Source: Macrostomum lignano
Lineage: Eukaryota
Length of the DNA: 64,000 nt
Assembly (NCBI GenBank): GCA_002269645.1
Contig: NIVC01000460.1
Span: forward strand, 525,984 to 589,983
Direction of reading: 5' to 3'
Below the pieces are notes generated by a model. It searched no databases and was not told the DNA's origin. It saw nothing but the letters and a program-made list of their open reading frames with translations. The first letter of the stretch is position 1. Each line of letters starts with the position of its first letter. Shown here piece after piece: positions 56,901 to 64,000 of the stretch. The translations under genes and the position numbers were made by a program.

Positions 56901-59900
56901 CACGCTCGAGCCGGCTTCCGTGACGTGCGATTGGAGGCCGAAATATGACAACTCCGGCTGCTACTACGAGACAAGTTACCAAGCCAGTAGCGCAAAGTTC
57001 ATCTTACCGGCGCCAACGCTTACTGCAAGCGGCTGTTTCAAGCAAATCACGCTCGAGCCGGCTTCCGTGACGTGCGATTGGAGGCCGAAATATGACAACT
57101 CCGGCTGCTACTACGAGACAAGTTACCAAGCCAGTAGCGCAAAGTTCATCTTACCGGCGCCAACGCTTACTGCAAGCGGCTGTTTCAAGCAAATCACGCT
57201 CGAGCCGGCTTCCGTGACGTGCGATTGGAGGCCGAAATATGACAACTCCGGCTGCTACTACGAGACAAGTTACCAAGCCAGTAGCGCAAAGTTCATCTTA
57301 CCGGCGCCAACGCTTACTGCAAGCGGCTGTTTCAAGCAAATCACGCTCGAGCCGGCTTCCGTGACGTGCGATTGGAGGCCGAAATATGACAACTCCGGCT
57401 GCTACTACGAGACAAGTTACCAAGCCAGTAGCGCAAAGTTCATCTTACCGGCGCCAACGCTTACTGCAAGCGGCTGTTTCAAGCAAATCACGCTCGAGCC
57501 GGCTTCCGTGACGTGCGATTGGAGGCCGAAATATGACAACTCCGGCTGCTACTACGAGACAAGTTACCAAGCCAGTAGCGCAAAGTTCATCTTACCGGCG
57601 CCAACGCTTACGCAAGCGGCTGTTTCAAGCAAATCACGCTCGAGCCGGCTTCCGTGACGTGCGATTGGAGGCCGAAATATGACAACTCCGGCTGCTACTA
57701 CGAGACAAGTTACCAAGCCAGTAGCGCAAAGTTCATCTTACCGGCGCCAACGCTTACTGCAAGCGGCTGTTTCAAGCAAATCACGCTCGAGCCGGCTTCC
57801 GTGACGTGCGATTGGAGGCCGAAATATGACAACTCCGGCTGCTACTACGAGACAAGTTACCAAGCCAGTAGCGCAAAGTTCATCTTACCGGCGCCAACGC
57901 TTACTGCAAGCGGCTGTTTCAAGCAAATCACGCTCGAGCCGGCTTCCGTGACGTGCGATTGGAGGCCGAAATATGACAACTCCGGCTGCTACTACGAGAC
58001 AAGTTACCAAGCCAGTAGCGCAAAGTTCATCTTACCGGCGCCAACGCTTACTGCAAGCGGCTGTTTCAAGCAAATCACGCTCGAGCCGGCTTCCGTGACG
58101 TGCGATTGGAGGCCGAAATATGACAACTCCGGCTGCTACTACGAGACAAGTTACCAAGCCAGTAGCGCAAAGTTCATCTTACCGGCGCCAACGCTTACTG
58201 CAAGCGGCTGTTTCAAGCAAATCACGCTCGAGCCGGCTTCCGTGACGTGCGATTGGAGGCCGAAATATGACAACTCCGGCTGCTACTACGAGACAAGTTA
58301 CCAAGCCAGTAGCGCAAAGTTCATCTTACCGGCGCCAACGCTTACCGCAAGCGGCTGTTTCAAGCAAATCACGCTCGAGCCGGCTTCCGTGACGTGCGAT
58401 TGGAGGCCGAAATATGACAACTCCGGCTGCTACTACGAGACAAGTTACCAAGCCAGTAGCGCAAAGTTCATCTTACCGGCGCCAACGCTTACCGCAAGCG
58501 GCTGTTTCAAGCAAATCACGCTCGAGCCGGCTTCCGTGACGTGCGATTGGAGGCCGAAATATGACAACTCCGGCTGCTACTACGAGACAAGTTACCAAGC
58601 CAGTAGCGCAAAGTTCATCTTACCGGCGCCAACGCTTACCGCAAGCGGCTGTTTCAAGCAAATCACGCTCGAGCCGGCTTCCGTGACGTGCGATTGGAGG
58701 CCGAAATATGACAACTCCGGCTGCTACTACGAGACAAGTTACCAAGCCAGTAGCGCAAAGTTCATCTTACCGGCGCCAACGCTTACCGCAAGCGGCTGTT
58801 TCAAGCAAATCACGCTCGAGCCGGCTTCCGTGACGTGCGATTGGAGGCCGAAATATGACAACTCCGGCTGCTACTACGAGACAAGTTACCAAGCCAGTAG
58901 CGCAAAGTTCATCTTACCGGCGCCAACGCTTACCGCAAGCGGCTGTTTCAAGCAAATCACGCTCGAGCCGGCTTCCGTGACGTGCGATTGGAGGCCGAAA
59001 TATGACAACTCCGGCTGCTACTACGAGACAAGTTACCAAGCCAGTAGCGCAAAGTTCATCTTACCGGCGCCAACGCTTACTGCAAGCGGCTGTTTCAAGC
59101 AAATCACGCTCGAGCCGGCTTCCGTGACGTGCGATTGGAGGCCGAAATATGACAACTCCGGCTGCTACTACGAGACAAGTTACCAAGCCAGTAGCGCAAA
59201 GTTCATCTTACCGGCGCCAACGCTTACCGCAAGCGGCTGTTTCAAGCAAATCACGCTCGAGCCGGCTTCCGTGACGTGCGATTGGAGGCCGAAATATGAC
59301 AACTCCGGCTGCTACTACGAGACAAGTTACCAAGCCAGTAGCGCAAAGTTCATCTTACCGGCGCCAACGCTTACCGCAAGCGGCTGTTTCAAGCAAATCA
59401 CGCTCGAGCCGGCTTCCGTGACGTGCGATTGGAGGCCGAAATATGACAACTCCGGCTGCTACTACGAGACAAGTTACCAAGCCAGTAGCGCAAAGTTCAT
59501 CTTACCGGCGCCAACGCTTACCGCAAGCGGCTGTTTCAAGCAAATCACGCTCGAGCCGGCTTCCGTGACGTGCGATTGGAGGCCGAAATATGACAACTCC
59601 GGCTGCTACTACGAGACAAGTTACCAAGCCAGTAGCGCAAAGTTCATCTTACCGGCGCCAACGCTTACCGCAAGCGGCTGTTTCAAGCAAATCACGCTCG
59701 AGCCGGCTTCCGTGACGTGCGATTGGAGGCCGAAATATGACAACTCCGGCTGCTACTACGAGACAAGTTACCAAGCCAGTAGCGCAAAGTTCATCTTACC
59801 GGCGCCAACGCTTACCGCAAGCGGCTGTTTCAAGCAAATCACGCTCGAGCCGGCTTCCGTGACGTGCGATTGGAGGCCGAAATATGACAACTCCGGCTGC

Positions 59901-62307
59901 TACTACGAGACAAGTTACCAAGCCAGTAGCGCAAAGTTCATCTTACCGGCGCCAACGCTTACCGCAAGCGGCTGTTTCAAGCAAATCACGCTCGAGCCGG
60001 CTTCCGTGACGTGCGATTGGAGGCCGAAATATGACAACTCCGGCTGCTACTACGAGACAAGTTACCAAGCCAGTAGCGCAAAGTTCATCTTACCGGCGCC
60101 AACGCTTACCGCAAGCGGCTGTTTCAAGCAAATCACGCTCGAGCCGGCTTCCGTGACGTGCGATTGGAGGCCGAAATATGACAACTCCGGCTGCTACTAC
60201 GAGACAAGTTACCAAGCCAGTAGCGCAAAGTTCATCTTACCGGCGCCAACGCTTACCGCAAGCGGCTGTTTCAAGCAAATCACGCTCGAGCCGGCTTCCG
60301 TGACGTGCGATTGGAGGCCGAAATATGACAACTCCGGCTGCTACTACGAGACAAGTTACCAAGCCAGTAGCGCAAAGTTCATCTTACCGGCGCCAACGCT
60401 TACCGCAAGCGGCTGTTTCAAGCAAATCACGCTCGAGCCGGCTTCCGTGACGTGCGATTGGAGGCCGAAATATGACAACTCCGGCTGCTACTACGAGACA
60501 AGTTACCAAGCCAGTAGCGCAAAGTTCATCTTACCGGCGCCAACGCTTACCGCAAGCGGCTGTTTCAAGCAAATCACGCTCGAGCCGGCTTCCGTGACGT
60601 GCGATTGGAGGCCGAAATATGACAACTCCGGCTGCTACTACGAGACAAGTTACCAAGCCAGTAGCGCAAAGTTCATCTTACCGGCGCCAACGCTTACCGC
60701 AAGCGGCTGTTTCAAGCAAATCATTTACCAAAACTCTGCTGCTATATTTGTGCCAAAAGTCGATGTAACTGCGTCGGGCTGCCTTAAAGAGCTTTCATTT
60801 GATAATTCGTCGGTGACAGCGACCGCAAATGTGACAGTCGCTGCCTCTGGATTCTTTAGTGAGTCTCTTTCTCATCTTCGGGTCGTCAAATTTACTGATG
60901 TTTCAACAAAAGTTTCTGCTTCTGGTTGCTTCCATGAGAATCCTCTAAGTCTGAGATGGCTTCAAGTGGATGTTTCAAGGAAATTCAGAGGAGCACATCG
61001 TCTGCAAGATTTCTCTTCCAACTGCCAACTACGGCATCCGGAACGTTCAACGAGCGAGTCGCTGTTGAAGAGTTAAAAATAAGCACACCGCCTTCGATGC
61101 CAGTCATACGAAGCATGCCAATCGTTGATTCGGGCTGCGAGTTCGTTGGATCGACTGCTGAACTCATTTCAGAAAGTCGCGTTGACGAAAGACAAGTTCA
61201 GCAGCAGCACAGTAGCAGCATGTAAGTTTCGTGGATTATGGGTTCCTATTGAATACTTCAATTCTAAGTTTCTTTTTCGTTTCCGAACGTTCCTCACAAC
61301 ACGCGAGATTTTGCATTTTAGATATGCACTAAGCGTCGGTCAGAGCAGTTCTGCCAGTAGGGCGACCAGGACCTCCGAGGCGCAGACTGATTTGAACTAC
61401 AAGTCCGCATTGTGGAACATGTTTGTATTGAAGAACGGTCGCGTTGACGTCAACCTCTCCTTCATAGTTTCGTATTTCGGAGTCGAAGCTTTCGCTCGCG
61501 AGTACATGTTACTTCGCGAATTTCGAACGTTGCAACGCAAGTTGGCGAAGGAGGGGAAGTCGGATTCGCGACGGCGTCATCCAGAAGCGCCAATCTCATT
61601 CAGAGCAGGTCGTTTGAGTCGCAGTCGAGTGCGTCTCGTGTCTATGGATCTGGTGTTGTCAACATTGGTGGATCTAGCGGTGGGATGTTAGACCTTTCTG
61701 ATACGAACACCAGCAGGATCTCGACTATCCAGAGACAGTCATCCGGAACATCTGGAGTCGTGAGGATTAATGGAAGCAACGAGTTTACGTCATTTGGCTC
61801 ACGAACAGAATCGGTTCCTGTGGTATCCAGGGAGTTGCATCTGGAGATCCTAGATCAAGTGTAGTCAGCATTGGCGGATCAGAAGGAGAAATGTTGGACC
61901 TGTCCAGTTCGTTCGCCACCAGGCTTCCATCAGTCCAGAGACAAATAGAATTTAATAATTTTTCTGGTGCACATGCCGATGTTTCCGACCTGTCCGGTGT
62001 GATCAGTTCTGCAAGCGGTACGTCTGCTATTCAGCGGCAGTCGTCAGGCCGTTCAGGTGAAAGGATCGTGACGCAGAGCAGCGGCAGCGGCATCGTCAAT
62101 ATGTCTGAGACGGTCAGCTCCGGTTCGCGAGGCTTCGCAGTGTCTGGGGACGGCCTGTCCAGCGTTTACCGATCGGTCTCTGGAATCGACGGCTCTGATG
62201 GCAGTGTGCAGGCAGCCCTGGCCTCCATGGTGAGCGTAGGCGAAAGTAACAGCGGCATTACTCGACTCTCCACCCTGGAGGGTCGCATGCTGAACCTGTC
62301 AGACTAG
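44971..62307 (+). CDS. Plakin-domain protein with giant Cys/Tyr-rich repeat tail, copy C (about 4200 aa). Exons 44971-45357 (probable ATG 44986), 46144-46368, 46452-46598, 48224-48378, 48570-48678, 48826-48991, 49067-49256, 50941-51040, 51125-61221, 61322-62307
   Basis: Exons 2, 3, 4, 5, 7 and 8 have lengths identical to copy B (225, 147, 155, 109, 190, 100 nt) and the same phases; canonical splice sites. Single-base restorations are needed at about 52908, 57611, 60940, 61500-61600 and 61821. The intron at 61222-61321 has GTAAGT...TTTTAG. Confidence 0.75.
45428..45867. mobile_element. MITE-like fold-back element with about 82-bp inverted repeats, in copy C intron 1
   Basis: AGGACGCTTCACTCGAAATCTATGG...TACGGAGATAGGAAGTTTTA is inverted at about 45785-45867 with few mismatches; no clear TSD. 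Confidence 0.7.
47076..47730. repeat. 55-bp minisatellite, about 12 copies, in copy C intron 3
   Basis: Unit TACTTATCTATACTGGTGTTCTTCGATCTTGACGTCTCTAGATGGTCTCTAGATC; period 47076 to 47131. Confidence 0.97.
48224..48378 (+). CDS. Plakin-type SH3 domain exon (copy C)
   Basis: Same peptide as the copy B SH3 exon; CAG acceptor at 48221-48223, GT donor at 48379. Confidence 0.85.
49389..49855. mobile_element. 467-bp MITE with about 190-bp TIRs and 8-bp TSD (P- or hAT-superfamily)
   Basis: Ends CATGGATGAAGGAATAGAAAG / CTTTCTATTCCTTCATCCATG; TSD GTTGTACC at 49381-49388 and 49856-49863; inverted similarity continues to TCACGATTAACG. Confidence 0.85.
52175..60720 (+). repeat. Coding repeat of copy C: 58 x 147-bp (49-aa) Cys/Tyr-rich units
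   Basis: Unit SGCFKQITLEPASVTCDWRPKYDNSGCYYETSYQASSAKFILPAPTLTA; period 52175 to 52322; (60699-52175+2)/147=58. Confidence 0.95.
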
Positions 62308-64000
62308 ACACCTGTGCTGGAGACGTGGGCCCGTTTTTTAATGGACTGAAACAATGATGAACCCGTTCGTACAGTAGTTGCTTCTTACCCTTCTAACCTA
62401 CGCTAGCTAGTAGAAGTAGATTATTCCGAAAGTTCTATAACTTATTAGATTCAACTTATTTGATCCGCTAATGATTTTTACCGGGGTCCGAGTGCTCAAT
62501 ACCTGATAGTGTGCATCACAGCGCGGAAATGAATTCGATATTTATTTCCGAGGTCTACGAGGTCTCGTAAAAACGAGTTTCTTGAGCCATCTTGTGATTC
62601 AACAGCTGAGAAGCAGCGCTTCGCTTATAATGTTGTTTCGGCCGTTTGAACAAAGTAATTGAAGGTGTAAAGTTAAGAAACTATTTTTAATTTTAAAAGG
62701 GTTTTATGTCAAAGGGAAAAATGACTTGCATTCTTGAATTTACGAAATCTAAGCTTTGCTCAAACGGCTCACGCCCATCTGAAGTTACTCCGTAAAAAAG
62801 CGCCTGAAGCTGCGCTTCTATGGCGACCTGGCCATGATCAATTAGATATTTTTTCTGTCATTCAGAAACAGTAGAATTCTAACACACCATATTTATTACT
62901 CACTATACTGAGTAGCTACCCATCTAATAAGAGTTTACATTTCTAAATTTCTAAAATTATTAACACGTACCATTAGGGCAAATTTTGTTTTAACTACAAA
63001 GTAGCTGTATATTTTTAAAAAGGCACTATAAAGTATCTTTTTTTATAGACGAAATACACAGCAGATTTTCCTATAACAGCTATTTTCCCTCACTAGTAAT
63101 AAAAAATTATTGATAATAAAGAAAATAATAATTTTATGGTTGCTTTTGCATATTGTGAAAGCAATCTTAGCTAATAGATTGAAAATTTTAGTTAAAAACA
63201 ATGTAATAATGCATTGAAACCAGCGGACCAGCTTGATTGATCTAATGGTCTGGTGCTGGTGGGCATAGCTGCAAATATAGTTAACGCCACAGAAATAATC
63301 TATTGAGTACAGGTGCATAAAAGTTAACTAATCAATAATTATAAGTTTAGCGGTAATTTAATTGGGTGACTTAAAAATCAGTCTAAATTCAAACATTTCC
63401 GTTCGTGCCGGAGGACTACTTTAATTAATACGAACAGACTGGCAAAGTTGGTTCAAAGTTGAGATTCCGCTTCAAAGTGACTTTCAGGCTTATCAACGAA
63501 CTGCTATCAACAGAAGCCGGTGCTGCTGTGCTTACTATCTATAAGTCGAAAGCCGGCCAATTTATGCTGACAGATTTTGCGCAATGACCAGTTCGTGTGG
63601 CGCTTATCGGCGCTGGAATTTGACTGGCGATATATAATTAGCCAAGTGCTGAGCGAATCCAGTATTCTTGCAAACTCTTCTTTGCTTCTCAGCCTCATGT
63701 CGTCGCTGTCAAAGAAGAGCGCCTACAATAGCCCGGGCGAGAGGGAGCGGCACCGAAAGAACTGTCTTCTCTGCTAGACATTGCTGGCGTGGAATACCGG
63801 TTCGTTCGGCTGTTTCGCGGCGTTCCCGTGTGCCCTTTTCCCGGAGTAAAGAGGCGCCTGCAGGTAACCGAATGTTTTCAGATTGATGCAACATGCCGCG
63901 TCGTCTGCCCCCAGCCTAGTGAAAATGGCGTGTCGTGTACCGTATTTTATAGGACACATTTTATCATAGACAGGATGGATTACACAACCTGGCGCACTTT

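Overview
This is animal (metazoan) genomic DNA with spliced genes, GC-rich exons and introns full of micro- and minisatellites. The style suggests a flatworm such as Macrostomum, but that is inference only. All genes read on the + strand. (1) An LRRFIP1/2-family coiled-coil gene: five in-frame exons between 12604 and 18701, start exon not found. (2) A tandem cluster of three paralogous plakin-like genes. Copy A (22360-24610) is a 5'-truncated pseudogene. Copy B (27290-38206, about 2900 aa) and copy C (44971-62307, about 4200 aa) look intact apart from single-base deletions that resemble assembly artefacts. B and C encode an N-terminal plakin domain (spectrin-like repeats plus SH3) with no visible actin-binding head, rod or plectin repeats, followed by a giant repeat exon. 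Three repeat modules (83-aa Trp-helical, 24/25-aa 'SGC', 69-aa Ser/Gly-rich) are shared among the paralogues, but each gene amplified a different one. B has 8 Trp units and 24 copies of the 69-aa unit, C has 58 copies of a 49-aa Cys/Tyr-rich unit, and A keeps low-copy versions of all three. The rest of the window is non-autonomous DNA transposons (three with 8-bp TSDs), a CORE-SINE and many tandem arrays. No prokaryotic features, CRISPR arrays or rRNA genes were seen.
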